DNA of 64,000 bases from positions 116,004,001-116,068,000 of the forward strand of contig CM059432.1 in assembly GCA_030390025.1 (NCBI GenBank). The letters run 5' to 3'. The translations under genes were made by a program, and so were the position numbers. Of this stretch, positions 34,060 through 48,224 are shown piece by piece (position 1 is the stretch's first letter; every line of letters starts with the position of its first letter). Below the pieces are notes generated by a model. It worked only from the letters and a program-made list of their open reading frames with translations, was not told where the DNA came from and searched no databases. This stretch comes from Squalus acanthias (Eukaryota).

Positions 34060-37000
34060 GAAATAGGAGCAGAATCAGGCTACACAGTCCCTGGGCCCGC
34101 TCCACTACCCACAGGGCCATGACCGATCCGAACCTAGACTCATGTCCAAATTCCTGCCCGCTCCCCGTAACCCTTAATGCCCTTTACTTCTAGGAAACTG
34201 TCTATTTCTGTTTTAAATTTAATTAATGTTGTAGCTTCTACAGCTTTTTGTGGCAGCATATTCCATGGACCTACCACCCTCTGAGTGAAGTAGTTCCTCC
34301 TCATCTCAGTTTTGAAAGAGCAGCCCCTTATTCTAAGACTATGTCCCCTAGTTCTCGTCTCACCCGTCATCGGGAACATCCTCCCCGCATCCACCCGATC
34401 CAACCCCTTCACAATCTTATATGTTTCAATAAGATCGCCTCTCATTCTTCTGAACTCCAATGAGTAGAGTCCCAATCTACCCAACCTCTCCTCATATGAC
34501 CACCCCCTCATCCCCGGGATTAACCGAATGAACCTTTTTTGCACTGCCTCGAGAGCAAGGATGTCTTTCCTTAAGTAAGGACACCAAAACTGTATGCAGT
34601 ATTCCAGGTGCGGTCTCACCAATACCTTGTACAACTGAAGCAATACCTCCCTATTTTTATATTCTATCCCCCTAGCAATGAAAGCCAACATTCCATTTGC
34701 CTTCTTAATCACTTGCTGCACCTGCATACTAACCTTTTGAGTTTCGTGCACCAGGACCCCCAGATCCCTTTGCACTTCAGTACTCTCCAGTTTCTTGCCA
34801 TTAAGATAATAAATTGCTCTAGGATTTTTCCTGCCAAAGTGCATCACCTCACACTTTCCAGTGTTGTATTCCATCTGCCAAATCTCTGCCCACTTACTTA
34901 GCCTGTCTATGTCCCCTTGCAGGTTTTTTATGTCCTCCTCATTCACTACTTTCCCTCCCATCTTTGTATCATCTGCAAATTTTGATATGTTACACTTGGT
35001 CCCTTCCTCCAAATCGTTAATATAGATTGTGAAGAGTTGGGGACCCAGCACTGACCCCTGTGGAACACCACTAGTTACTGATTGCCAGTCTGAGAATGAA
35101 CCATTTATCCCAACTCTTTGCTTTCTGTTAGATAGCCAATCCTCTATCCATGCCAGAATATTACCCCCAATTCCGTGATTTTTTACCTTAAGCAATAATC
35201 TTTTGTGTGGCACCTTGTCAAATGCCTTTTGGAAGTCTAAATACACTACGTCCACTGGTTCCCCTTTATCCACTCTATATGTTACTTCCTCAAAGAACTC
35301 CAGCAAATTTGTCAAACATGACTTCCCCTTCGTAAAACCATGCTGACTTTGTCCTATTAAATTATGATTATCCAAATGTCCTGTTACTGTTTCCTTAATA
35401 ATGGACTCCAAAATTTTACCTACCACAGATGTTAGGCTAACCGGTCTATAGTTACCAGCCTTCTGTCTACTGCCCTTTTTAAATAAGGGTGTTACATTAG
35501 CAGTTTTCCAGTCTGCCGGGACCTTAGCGGAATCCAGGGAGTTTTGAAAAATTATTACCAATGCATCTACAATCCCTACCGCCACTTCCTTCAAGACTCT
35601 AGGATGTAAGCCATCAGGTCCAGGTGATTTATCCGCCTTGAGTCCCATTATTTTACCGAGTACCACTTCCTTAGTGATTTTGATCGTGTTTAGCTCCTCT
35701 CCCCCTATAGCCCCCTATTTGTCCAGTGTTGGGATATTCTTAGTGTCCTCTACTGTAAAGACTGATACAAAATATTCATTCAGTGTTTTTGCCATCTCCA
35801 TATTTCCCACCATTAATTTCCCGGTCTCATCCTCTAAGGGACCAACATTTACTTTAGCCACCCTTTTTCTTTTTATATAACTATAAAAACTCTTACTATC
35901 TGTTTTTATATTTTTTGCTAATTTACTTTCATAATCTATCTTCCCTTTCTTAATCAATCTTTTTGTTATTTTTTGCTGCCTTTTAAAGTTTTCCCAATCC
36001 TCTGTCCTCCCACTAGATTTCGCTACCTTATATGCCCTTGTTTTTAGTCGAATACTATCCTTAATTTCTTTACTTAGCCACGGATGACTGTCCTTTCTTT
36101 TACACCCTTTTCTTTTCAGTGGAATATATTTTTTTTGGAAGTTGTAAAATAACTCCTTGAATGTACACCACTGATCATGTGTCGTCTTACCCTTTAATCT
36201 ATTTTCCCAATCCACTCTACTCAATTCCGCTCGCATACCTTCATAGTCTCCTTTATTCAAGCTTAGCACGCTTGTTTGAGATCCAACCTTCTCACCCTCT
36301 AATTGAATATGGAATTCAACCATGTTATGGTCACTCATTCCAAGGGGATCCTTTACTAGGACATTTTTAATTAATCCTGTCTCGTTACACAGGACCAGAT
36401 CTAAGGTTGCTTGCCCCCTGGTCGGTTCAGTTACATACTGCTCAAGAAACCCATCCCTAATACACTCAATGAACTCATCCTCAAGGCAGCCCTGCCCCAT
36501 TTGATTTGTCCAATTAATATGATAGTTAAAATCCCCCATAATTATAGATGTTCCCTTATTACATGCCTCAACTATTTCCTGATTGATACTCCGTCCAATA
36601 GAGTTGCAACTGTTCGGAGGCCTATAGACTACGCCCACTAATGTTTTTTTCCCCTTATTATTCCTTATCTCCACCCAAACTGTTTCATTATCATGATTTT
36701 TTGACCCAATATCATTACTCTGTATTACAGTGATTCCTTCCTTTATTAACATAGCCACCCCACCTCCCCTTCCTTCCTGCCTGTCCTTCCTGATCGTTAA
36801 ATAACCTGGTATGTTTAATTCCCAGGCATTGTCACCCTGCAGCCATGTTTCTGTAATGGCCACAATATCATAACCATATGTAGTTATTTGTGCCATTAAC
36901 TCATCTATTTTGTTACGAATGCTACGTGCATTCAGATAGAGAACTTTCAAATATGCTTTGTGGCACTTAGTTCCTGCTTTTTCACTTTTTACCAGTTTAC

Positions 37001-37312
37001 CTTTTACTCCACACACTCTGTCCCTTCCTGCCACGCTCTGATTTGTGATTCCCCTACTGCTACCTATGTCTATGACCCTCTCTGTTGTCATTTTTATTTT
37101 TTGCTCTCTTGAAACCTCCCCCCCACTAATTAGTTTAAAGCCCTCTCCACAGCCCTAGTTATTCGATTCGCCAGGACACTAGTCCCAGCACTGGCCAAGT
37201 GAAGTCCGTCCCAACGGAACAGCTCTCTCCTGCCCCAGTACTGGTGCCAGTGTCCCAAGAAGCAAAACCCATTTTTCCCACACCAGTCTTTGAGCCACGC
37301 ATTCAACTCCCT
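34060..37312 (-). mobile_element. CR1 LINE with near-intact ORF2 (EN plus RT) and end of ORF1
   Basis: ORFs 35715-37091 and 34140-35666 share a frame, separated by one TAG; esterase tail about 37130-37310. Confidence 0.95.
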
Positions 37313-37624
37313 GAATGGCCTCCTTATGTGCTGTATGTTTCTATGTTGAATTTTAAAACTTAAATTATATATAAATTATGCCAACTTTTTTTCATCTGTG
37401 TTTATGTCCACAAGACAGTGAGAGAATTGTTCCTCCGGCAAGCTGTTTTTCCACTATTGTATACTATGTTAAGAAAAACTAGTCTAACTCCACTAATACA
37501 CACACATGTGGAGAAGAATTGGGCTTGTCACTCAATATAATGACATTGTAAGCATATTATTTTTTAACTTGTTTACTATGTCTCTACACATAGCAACCAG
37601 GACAATTCTTCCAACGTAGAAATA

Positions 37625-40600
37625 TAGCCCGAGTAAAACTGAAGTCAATGGGAATCGGGGGGAAAAGGCTCCACTGGCTGGAGCCATACCTAGCACAAAG
37701 GAAGATGGTTGTGGTGGTTGGAGGTCAATCATCTCCGCCCCAGGACATCGCCACAGGAGTTCCTCAGGGCAGTGTCCTAGACCCAACCATCTTCAGCTAC
37801 TTCATCAATGACCTTCTCTCCATCATAAGGTCAGAAGTGGGGATGTTCGCTGACGACTGCACAGTGTACAGTTCCATTCGCAACTCCTTATATAATGAAG
37901 CTGTCCATGCCCGCATGCAACAAGACCTGGACGACATTCAGGCTTATAGAATCATAGAATCATAGAAGATAGGAGCAGGAGTAGGCCATTCGGCCCCTCT
38001 AGCCTGCTCCGCCATTCAATGCGATCATGGCTGATCATCCAAATTCAGTACCCTGTCCCTGCTTTCTCCCCATATCCCTTGATCCCTTTAGCCTTAAGAA
38101 ATATATCCAACTCCTTCTTGAATCTATTTAATGAATTGGCCTCTACTGCCTTCTGTGGCAGAGAATTCCACAGGTTCACCACTCTCTGGGTGAAGAAATT
38201 CCTCCTCATCTCTGTCCCAAATGGCCTACCCCCCACCCCCAAACTGTGACCCCTGGTTCTGGACTCCCCGACCATCGGGAACATCCTTCCTGCAGCCAGC
38301 CTGTCCTGTCCTGTCAGAATTTTATAAGTTTCAATGAGATCCCCTCTCATTCTTCTAAACTCCAGCGAGTATAAGACCAATCGACCCAATCTCTCTTCAT
38401 ACGTCATTCCTGCCATCCCAGGTACCAGCCTTGTGAATCTTCGCTGAACTCCTTCCATGGCAAGAACATCCTTCCTCAGATAAGGCGACCAAGACTGCAC
38501 ACAGTACTCAAGGTGTGGTCTCACCAAGGCCCTGTACAACTGCAGCAAGACATCCTTGTTCCTGTACTCAAACCCTCTCGCTATGAAGGCCAACATACCA
38601 TTTGCCTTCTTCACCGCCTGCTGCAACTGCATGCTTACCTTCAGCGACTGGTGCACAAGGACACCCAGGTCTCATTGCACTTCCCCTTCTCCCAATCTAT
38701 TGCCATTCAGATAATAATCTGCCTTTCTGTTTTTGACACCAAAGTGGATAACCTCGCATTCATCCACGTTATATTGCATCTGCCACGCTTCTGCCCAATC
38801 ACCCAACCTGTCCAAATCATCCTGGTGTTTCTCGGCATCCTCCTCGCAGCACACACGCCCACCCAGTTTTGTGTCGTCTGCAAACTTGGAGATATTACAT
38901 CTAGTTCCCCTGTCTAGATCATTAATATATATTGTGAATAGCTGGGGTCCAAGGACCGATCCCTGCGGTACCCCACTAGTCACTGCCTGCCACTCAGAAA
39001 AAGACCCGTTTATTGCAACTCTTTGCTTTCTGTCTGCCAACCAGTTCTCTATCCAAGTCAATACCTTGCCCCCAATCCCATGTGCCTTAACTTTACACGC
39101 TAATCTCTTATGCGGGACCTTATCAAAAGCCTTTTGGAAGTCCAAATACACCACATCCACTGGTTCTTCCTTATCTATTTTACCAGTTACATCCTCAAAA
39201 AATTCCAATAGATTAGTCAAGCATGATTTACCTTTTGTAAATCCATGTTGACTTTGTCCGATCCTGTCACTGTTTTTCAAGTGCTCAGCAATACATCTTT
39301 TATAATGGACTCTAGCATTTTCCCCACTACCGTTTTCTCTCTACCACCCTTTTTGAATAGTGGGGTAACATTAGCTACCCTCCAATCCATGGGTACTGTT
39401 CCAGATATCCAGGGGTACTCAATATTCAGGAAAGATAGGCAAAAAGGAAAGGGAGGTGGGGTAGCATTGCTGGTTAAAGAGGGGATTAACACAATTGAAA
39501 GGAAGGATATTAGCTCTGATGATGTGGAATCTGTATGGGTTGAACTGAGAAATAACAAGGGGCAGAAAACGTTCGTGGGAGTGATATATAGACCTCCAAA
39601 CAGTAATGCGGAGGTTGGGGATGGCATTAAAAGGGAAATTAGAGAAGCGTGCAATAAGGGCACAGCAGTCATCATGGGTGACTTTAATCTACATATAGGT
39701 TGGGCTAACCAAATTAGTAACAATACTATGGAGGAGGAATTCCTGGAGTGTTTACGGGATGGTTTCCTGGACCAATATGTCGAGGAACCAACCAGAGATC
39801 AGGCCATCTTAGACTGGGTATTATGCAATGAGAAAGGTTTAATTAGCAATCTTGTTGTGCGAGGCCCCTTGGGTTGGAGCGATCATAATATGATAGAATT
39901 CTTCATTAGAATGGAGAGTGAAGTAGTTGACTCAAAGACTAGGGTCCTGAATTTAAATAAAGGAAACTACGATGGTATGAGGTGCGAGTTGGGTAGGATT
40001 GATTGGGGAATGTCACTCAAAGGGTTGACGGTGGATAGGCAATGGCAAACATTCAAAGACCGCATGGACGAACTACAGAATTTGTTCATCCCAGTTTGGC
40101 ATAAGAATAAAACAAAAAGGGTGACTCAACCATGGCTAACCAGGGAAATTAGGGATAGCATAAGATCCAAGGAGAGGGCATATAAAGTGGCCAGAAAAAG
40201 CAGTAATCCTGTGGATTGGGCTGATAAGTGGCAAGTAACATTCACGCCATACAAGTGCCAGGCAATGACTATCTCCAACAAGAGAGAGTCTAACCACCGC
40301 CCCTTGACATTCAACGGCATTACCATCACCGAATCCTCCAACATCAACATCCTGGGAGTTACCATTGACCAGAAGCTTAATTGGACCAACCACATAAATA
40401 CTGTGGCTACAAGAGCAGGTCAGAGGCTGGGTTTTCTGCAGTGAGTGTCTCACCTCCTGACTCCCCAAAGCCTTTCCATCATCTACAAGGCACAAGTCAG
40501 GAGTGTGATGGATGAGTGCAGCTTCAACAACTCTTAAGAAGCTCAACATCCTATGCCATGTGGGAAGTTCTGAACGACTATGACTCTATGACCATCCAGG

Positions 40601-41045
40601 ACAAAGCAGCCCGCTTGATTGGCACTCCATCCACCACCTTAAACATTCACTCCCTGCACCACCGGCACACCGTGGCTGCAGTGTGTACCATCTACAAGAT
40701 GCACTGCAGCAACTCGCCAAGGCTTCTTCGGCAGCACCTCCCAAGCCCGCGACCTCTACCACCTAGAAGGACAAGGGCAGCAGGCGCATGGGAACACCAC
40801 CACCTCCAAGTTCCCCTCCAAGTTACACACCATCCTGACTTGGAAATATATCGCCAATCCTTCATCATCGCTGGGTCAAAATCCTGGAACTCCCTCCCTA
40901 ACAGCACTGTGGGAGTACCTTCACCACATGGACTGCAGCGGTTCAAGAAGGCGGCTCATCACCACCTTCTCAAGGGCAATTAGGAATGGGCCATAAATGC
41001 TGGCTTTGCCCGCAACGCCCACATCCCAGGAACGAATAAAAAGAA
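37625..41045 (+). mobile_element. LINE family B 3' portion split by a CR1 (37625-37945, 40215-41045)
   Basis: LDDIQA | WADKWQVTF rejoins across the insertion. Confidence 0.9.
37946..40219. mobile_element. CR1 with inverted 5' segment (RT on minus 37946-39403; EN on plus 39404-40219)
   Basis: (ATTCTATG)n tail at left; orientation switch at about 39403. Confidence 0.85.
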
Positions 41046-41266
41046 ATTGCCTTTTTACAGAACAAGGTGAGAGTTTCTCTAAAAATAGCTTACATTGCTG
41101 ACTAGAGTCTAATTCAAATTCAAACCAAATAAGAATGCTTTTCTTAGTTCTTCAATAATACAATTTGCTGGCAATAGTAATGAACCTCTTTAAAGGGTAC
41201 TAAACCATTTTTATTTATGATCTAATCTTCGATATAATCGATATAATTGAAAAGAAACGTCTCTAC

Positions 41267-41401
41267 CTGCAACTGTTTCTCTATGGGTCTCCCACACTCC
41301 AGTTCTTGCTGCCTCCCTCTTTTGGTCTCATACACTTTTGTTATCACCCTTGTATCTCTGTGTCTCTGACTCTTCTTCTAGTTCTTTCTCTTTTCCTCTT
41401 T
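41267..41401 (-). pseudogene. Decayed exon (135 nt)
   Basis: Acceptor ctattttacttacag, donor CAG|gtagag. Reads RGKEKELEEESETQRYKGDNKSV*DQKREAARTGVWETHRETVA with one internal TGA. Confidence 0.4.
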
Positions 41402-41728
41402 CTGTAAGTAAAATAGGCAGGCACACATTTCAAATAAGTCTATGTAACCTTGTTACGCTCTGGTTACCAAGGCAGCAGTTATCAGCCTTGCCGCAATGGT
41501 TTTCTTCCAGCAACTATGAACACAGATCCACAAATTTTACCTTATTTGATCTAATTTCTGGATAATTTTCCTACCAGCCATATAATCTAACAAACTGGAT
41601 TAATGGATATTCGTACCACAATAAGTCTTAGCAGATACTTATGTGACAACAGGGAAATTTCTGTCTATATTTCTTACAGTATTTAAAAATAACTCGAGTT
41701 AAAATGGAAGCTGGCTTCGCTCACTGAA

Positions 41729-41906
41729 GCCACAATTTTAATCCAATGGACCTGGTAAGAAGGGGGTGCATTCTGGGCGGACGTTTGATTGACGCCTGGC
41801 TTGATTTTTGGTACCATTGAAGTGACTGGAGTGTTAAATCAGGCGAGGTGTAAATACCTGAATGCGCCCCGTTCTTTCCGAGCACGTTAGGTTAAAATCG
41901 GGGCTT
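41729..41906. mobile_element. Short palindromic MITE-like element
   Basis: gccacaattttaatccaatg ... cgttaggttaaaatcggggc with internal inverted symmetry. Confidence 0.5.
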
Positions 41907-42751
41907 AAGTTTCAAAGTAAGGATAAGAGATGGGGTGTCTACAAGAGCCAGGCTAGATTGAGTGATTTACAGGGGCCTTGTTCGACATGTAAATTGTATG
42001 GTACATTTTCAAAACCTCAGCAGTTATTTTTTATATGACGATATGTAATAAATTGCCCAATTAGCAATCTATGCAATAGCCCTTAATTGTGCCTTTGATC
42101 ATGGGTGATTAACAGCACTGCCTTTAGGGACCCTTAAAATTGTGTTACACCTGTAGGATTTGTTGTAGTCTTTTTAGTTTTGACAAAGATCTGAATTTGG
42201 TGTGTGAACTAGGATTCATGTTGTCCACCTGTAACATTCTCTCTACAAAAGACTGTTTTATCCAAAAATCCTGTTGCTTTTCTGGGCTCGGTAAGTGTGC
42301 TGCCTTGAAAACAGTAATATACCTGATTCCAGTTCTATTGCTTTGGAATATTGTTCTGTTTCAGTATCTGCTTGTACCATTTGGTTTCTGTGTGTTATTT
42401 AACCTGTAAATAAATGTGACCACCAGTATGAGCCGGCAATGCAGTTTTGTTCCTTCGTTGACCCATGCAGACCTTCCCGAGCCATCAGGGGATCTTGGTG
42501 GCAAGAAAATAAAGTTATGAATCCTAACATTTGCATAACTGCGCAGATTGCAGGTTGTGCTCCGGTGCTGTAAAATTTACCCCTCAATGTAAACAAGTTG
42601 TGTTCACCTGTATGCATTGGTCTCTTGGTGTATTATATTCCACCTTGTGGAAGAGACAGGAGATTGTGCTGGGCATCCCAGTAAGTCTACGATAGTGGAT
42701 AATTATTATAACAAGGCATGCTAACTCAATTAAGGGTGCAGCTTTTGGTTC

Positions 42752-45185
42752 TTAAGAACATAAGAAGAAAAAGCAGGAGTAGGTCATACGGCCCCTCGAG
42801 CCTGCTCCGCCATTCAATAAGATCATGGCTGATCATCGACCTCAACTCCACTTTCCCGCCCGATCTCCATATCCCTTGATTCCCCTAGAGTCCAAAAATC
42901 TATCGATCTCAGCCTTGAATATACTCAAAGACTCAGCATTCACAGCCCTCTGGGGCAGAGAATTCCAAAGATTCACAACCCTCTGAGTGAAGAAATTCTT
43001 CCTCATCTCAGTCTTAAATGGCCTACCCCATATCCTGAGACTATGCCCCCTAGTTCTAGACACTCCAGCCAGGGGAAACAACCTCTCAGCATCTACCCTG
43101 TCAATCCCCTTCAGAATCTTGTATGTTTCAATGAGATCACCTCTCATTCTTCTAAACTCCAGAGAGTATAGGCCCATTCTACACAATCTCTTATCATAGG
43201 ACAGCTCTCTCATCCCAGGAATCAATCTAGTGAACCTTCGTTGCACCGCCTCCAAGGCAAGTATACCCTTCCTAAGATAAGGAGACCAAAACTGTGCACA
43301 GTACTCCAGGTGTGGTCTCACCAAGGCCCTGTACAATTGTAGCAAGACTTCCTTACTCTTATACTCCAACCCCCTTGCAATAAAGGCCAACATCCTATTT
43401 GCCTTCCTTATTGCTTGCTGTACCTGCATGCTAGCTTTCTGTGTTTCTTGCATGAGGACACCCAAAACTCTCTGAACACCAACATTTGAAAGTTTCTCAC
43501 CATTTAAAAAAATGTCTGTTTTTCTATTCTTCCTACCAAAGTGAATAACCTCACATTTCCCTACATTATACTCCATCTGCCACCTTTCTGCCCACTCACT
43601 TAGTCTATCTATATCCCTTTGCAGACTCTTTGGGCTGGATTTTGCCAGCTGAGACAAGTTGGGGGCGGGACTGCTGCCCTCCGGGTTCTAGTTCCGCCCC
43701 CAGCGACGTCCGATGCACAGACACTATTTTCTCCTGATTGACCTTGTTAAGCCCACCCTGTGGGCTTGCTGGCCAATTAAGGGAAAGCCGGTGTCAGATG
43801 ACGTCAGTTGATAACGCTTCATCTGCCGGTTTTCTTAAAGGGACATGAAGCATTTATTTTTGACGGATGATTTGACAGTGTTTGACAGCATTGAGGTGCT
43901 GTCAAACACTGACAATCACTGTACAAAGGTGAGCCCTTGCATCCAGACTCTCCAATGACTCTCTCCTTAGGATAAAACAGATGGCAGTTGCAGGTGAGGA
44001 TACAGAAGTGATCTGTCACTTCTCCCAATGAGGTGAGGCCACACAAACACTTCAAAGCTTGTCACCTACAGAAACATCTAAACACATTAAAAATGACTTT
44101 CCCAACATTTCCTTACCTCTGATACTCACCAGTGTCCCATTGCATCCTTCACACCACTTCTGCAGCTGTCATCTAAACACAAACATTACAACAGACCCAC
44201 ATCATGCCTCACTTACCCTGGCAGGGGTTTCCGATGTCGGGAAGCCCACAGCAGAAGGCTCAAAATGGGAAAAGCCTCTTAACTGCCTGTTAACTACCTG
44301 TTAACAGGTAGTTAAGTGGCTGTAATCCTCTTCCCATCTCTAGGAGTCGGGTCCCTGTGCAAATCGGGGACCCGACTCCCGGGAAGATTGGTTGGAGGCG
44401 GGTTGGGAGTGGGTTCAGGGCCCGCTCCCATTCTTTTTGATTTTTCCAGCAGTCCCACCTCCAGACCCGCCTCCTCAGGGCTGGTAAAATCCAGCCCTTT
44501 GTGTTCTCCTTACAGCTTACTGTCCCACCTAGCTTTGTATCATCAGCAAACTTGGATACATTACACTCGGTCCCTTCATCTGGGTCATTAATATAGATTG
44601 TAAATAGCTGAGGCCCCAACATTGATCCTTGCGGCACCCCACTAGTTATAGCCTGCCAACCTGAAAAAGATCCGTTTATCCCTACCCTCTGTTTTCTGTC
44701 CGTTAACCAATCCTCTATCCATGCTACTATATTACCCCCAACCCCATGAGCCCTAATCTTGTGTAATAATATTTTATATGGCACCTTATCGAATGCCTTT
44801 TGGAAATCCAAATATATTACATCCACTGGTTCCCCTTTATCTACCCTGCTAGTTACATCCTCAAAAAACTCTAATAAATTCATCAAACATGATTTCCCTT
44901 TCATAAAACCATGCTGACTCTGCCTAATGATGTTATGATCTTCTAAGTGACTTGATACCACTTCCTTAAGAATGGACTCCAGCATTTTCCCGACGACTGA
45001 TGTCAGGCCAACTGGCCTGTAGTTCCCTGTTTTTTCTCTCCCTCCTTTCTTGAATAGCGGTGTGACATTTGCGACCTTCCAATCCACTGGGACCATTCCA
45101 GAATCTAGGGAATTTTGGAAGATCAAATCCAATGCATCCACTGTCTCTTCAGCCACCTCTTTTAGAACCCTAGGATGTAGGCCTT
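42752..45185 (-). mobile_element. CR1 RT/3' region split by a Harbinger derivative
   Basis: ORFs 44290-45156 and 42842-43657 rejoin at ENTK|SLQRDID. Confidence 0.93.
43632..44497. mobile_element. Internally deleted non-autonomous Harbinger
   Basis: TIR GGGCTGGATTTT(G/A)CCAGC, TSD TTT; decayed Myb/SANT start (LASRLSNDSL vs AAPRFSDDSL). Confidence 0.88.
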
Positions 45186-45444
45186 AGGAGCTTTATGGAA
45201 ACCGCTTTCAAGCCATAAGCACAATGTGGGAAAAAAGCCTGTTTTGTAACAATTATCTCTCTTTACCTCCCACCAAATGCCCTCCCAGCTAGTCACTGCT
45301 GTAATGTAAGAAATGCGGCAGCCACTTTGAACATAAAAACAGGAGTAGGCCATTCAGCCCCTTGGGCCTGCTCCGCCATTCAATGAGATCATGGCTGATC
45401 TACGACCTAACTCCATATACCCGCCTTTGGCCCATATCCCTTAT

Positions 45445-45770
45445 GTCCATTTGTGCACAGCAAGCTCCCACAAACAGCAATGTGACAATGACCAGATAAT
45501 CTGTTTTTGTGATGTTGATGGAGGGATAAATATTGGCCAGGACACTGGGGAGAACTCCCTGCTCTTCTTCAAAATAGTGCCATGGGATCTTTTATGTCCA
45601 CCTGAGAGAGTGGACGGGGCCTCGGTTTAACGTCTCATCTGAAAGACAATGCAGCACTCCCTCAGTACTGCACTGGAGTGTCAGCCTAGATTTTGCACTC
45701 AGGTCTCTGGAGTGTCTTGACCCCACAACCTGTTGACTCAGAGGCGACACTGAGCCACAGCTGACAGAGA
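45445..45770 (-). mobile_element. Deu-domain SINE (SacSINE1/AmnSINE1-like)
   Basis: tcccatggcactattttgaagaagagcagggagttctccccagtgtcctggccaatatttatccctc core and tRNA-like head. Confidence 0.8.
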
Positions 45771-46367
45771 CCCAAATCCACCAGCATGGGCCATCAATGC
45801 AGTTTTGTTTCTTTGTTGACTCATGCCAATCGTCCCCAGCCATCAGGAGAGCTTGGTAGCAAGAAAATAAAGTTATGAATCCTAACCTTCGGATAACTGC
45901 ACCTATTGAAGGTTGTGCTCTGGTGCTGTCAAATCTATCCATCAATATAAACAAGATAGATTGCCCAGCACCAGCAGCTTCAGGGTGTATCACAGGACCA
46001 GTTGTTCAATTGTGCAGTGCAGGCTTTCAGCTTTGACTGCTTAATGGCCCGTTTTAATATCTATTTTCAGAGACTGTGCTTGAAGTAGCTCTCAGTTATT
46101 TTTCAAATAGTTTTGCAAGCTTCACAGTTTTAGTTTATCTAGACCATTACTGTATCAAGACTCACTGTTTAAACAATATTTTTTAATTAATTGATGGAAA
46201 CAGACAAAAAAAAACAAATGGATATTCAGGTAAATCATAATTCTATGCAATAGTTTGATTTTTAAAAGTCAGACCCCCTCTTCTAGTGATTTAATTTATT
46301 GTCTTTTAAAGTTCTTTCCTTGCTTTTCTTCTTTTAAGGTTCTTCACTGCTGTGTGCACTGAGCTAC

Positions 46368-47231
46368 CTGATTCAGCCAGGGCTACAGCACGGTCTGGGT
46401 AGAGATTTTGCACTGCCCACTGTCAATACCACGGTATAATCAGCAGCAAGGAGGAACAACTCCATGAAAAGGGACTGCTTCAATTAGTTGTATTCTTCCT
46501 CCTTCCTTCTGCTTCTCTCCCCAACTGGAGCTGATCGCTGCCGCACTATGTCTTCGAAAAGGTTGACTAAGAACTGGAGGAGTTATAATATAGAACAATC
46601 AATCAATTCACATGACCAATATGGCGATAGTGGACTCAGGAACAAACTTATATCAGGCACTTCTATTCTGTGTAATGATGGATTTCAGAATAAATCTGAT
46701 TAGTGTATCTGACACTCTTCAATTGTTGATGTACCCTATAAACACTTCCCTTTTGGATACCTCCATCCTGGTGATGTCGGGTTGTCAAAGAAGATTTGGT
46801 TAACCAGTGTCTCTGGGGATTGTTGAGTGGCAAATTCACAATAGCATAATAATCCGTCTGATCGATTTTTGCAGACAGGGAATCAACATCAGCTTCTTGA
46901 TAGATGGTGACATTTATGTGTTATTGTCAGTTGATGCAGAGCAGGCAATGCTGACAATGCACATCTCAGGTTGCTAGTCACTGTGGTTGGGACCTGGTTG
47001 GCAGTATACAGCAGGGTCAGATACACGGCAGTATGACGGATTCAAAGCTTTTACTCCGCCACAGCTGCTGTTGAAAGTTGAACATAATGGATGTGGCAAG
47101 ATGAACCTTTTGTTCACTTCTACAGAAATGTCATTGTCATAGCAGGTGTTGCTGCTGAGGTAGCTCAATTGTTCAAACTGGTTATGGTTTCCTGATCAAC
47201 CCGATCATCAGCTGTAATTTCAGCAGAAGAT
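46368..47231 (-). pseudogene. Large decayed exon-like segment
   Basis: Acceptor tctcctgggtttccacag and donor CAG|gtagct. Protein-like frame pieces broken by stops and frameshifts (SSAEITADDRVDQETITSLNN*; HINVTIYQEADVDSLSAKIDQTDYYAIVNL...). Confidence 0.4.
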
Positions 47232-48224
47232 CTGTGGAAACCCAGGAGAGATGGTATTGTGGCTGACGATCAGGAGAATCCCTACGAAATTTCAGACCCT
47301 AAATATCACAACTGCACATCAGACCCAGACTATCTATGGAAGATCAGCTAGTATTCATAGAAATGTTAAATGTTGCATATCATACAAGATACAATCTGTG
47401 AATTATAAGATACCTTATACATTATGTCTCCATAATGGATTTTTCCCTGTAAAATTCACTCTTCCTGTTTCATTACACTATTACTGAATGCTTTTATCAT
47501 AATCCCTCAACAATATCTCTTTGGGATATACACAAAAACTGTTTGCAGAGTGCATAACATCCTCAACAACGTCTTCACTCTGGTGCTCCAGGAGCAGACA
47601 AAAGACTAACTGCTACAGTACAAGAGCTAGAACACACATACAATCAAATCTGATTGACAATAATATGCTCTAAGGGTTCCAGTCATCTAATCTCATGATT
47701 TATTAAATCATCAGAATCTCTCAAGTGTGTACAGCTTTGTAGCACATCATCAATAAATTGTTCTATAAACTTAAGGATTTTTTAAATTGGAAGCACAGTT
47801 ATTTCTCGTGCAGGCCTTTGGGATTTGGATTTCACTCCAGTCTGAGCTGATCAATGAAAGTTTCCTTGCATTCTGCTGTCTGTCGGGGTCCCATATGAAA
47901 TGGTTATAGACTAACTGAGGTCCATTCCTCTTAGGCATAAGTGCACGAAATAAGAAGGCACAACATTCAGTACCAAATCCTTGAATTCTCTACATTGCCA
48001 TCGCCACAAAGCCGACAGTGATTCAAGGAGAAGGCCCAATACCACCTTCTCAGGGAAACTATGGATGGGCAATAAATGCAGCCTTTCCAGCATCACCTAC
48101 ATTACAAGAACAATTAAAAAAAAGAATTCAGCCCGAGAATGCATTAAATTAGTAATGTTAGGGAGACCAGGTATGAGGATTGAAACTATCCCAGCCCATG
48201 ATGTTCTTCTAAAATTGGAGTGAA

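Noticed and set aside
39245..40444. 399-aa ORF as a novel gene
   Set aside because: Chance in-frame chimera of antisense CR1, inverted CR1 endonuclease and LINE B RT.
46685..46922. Tyr motifs (YYAIV, IYSEI) suggesting an ITIM receptor tail
   Set aside because: Short stop-bounded frame with no TM or Ig exon nearby; such motifs arise by chance.
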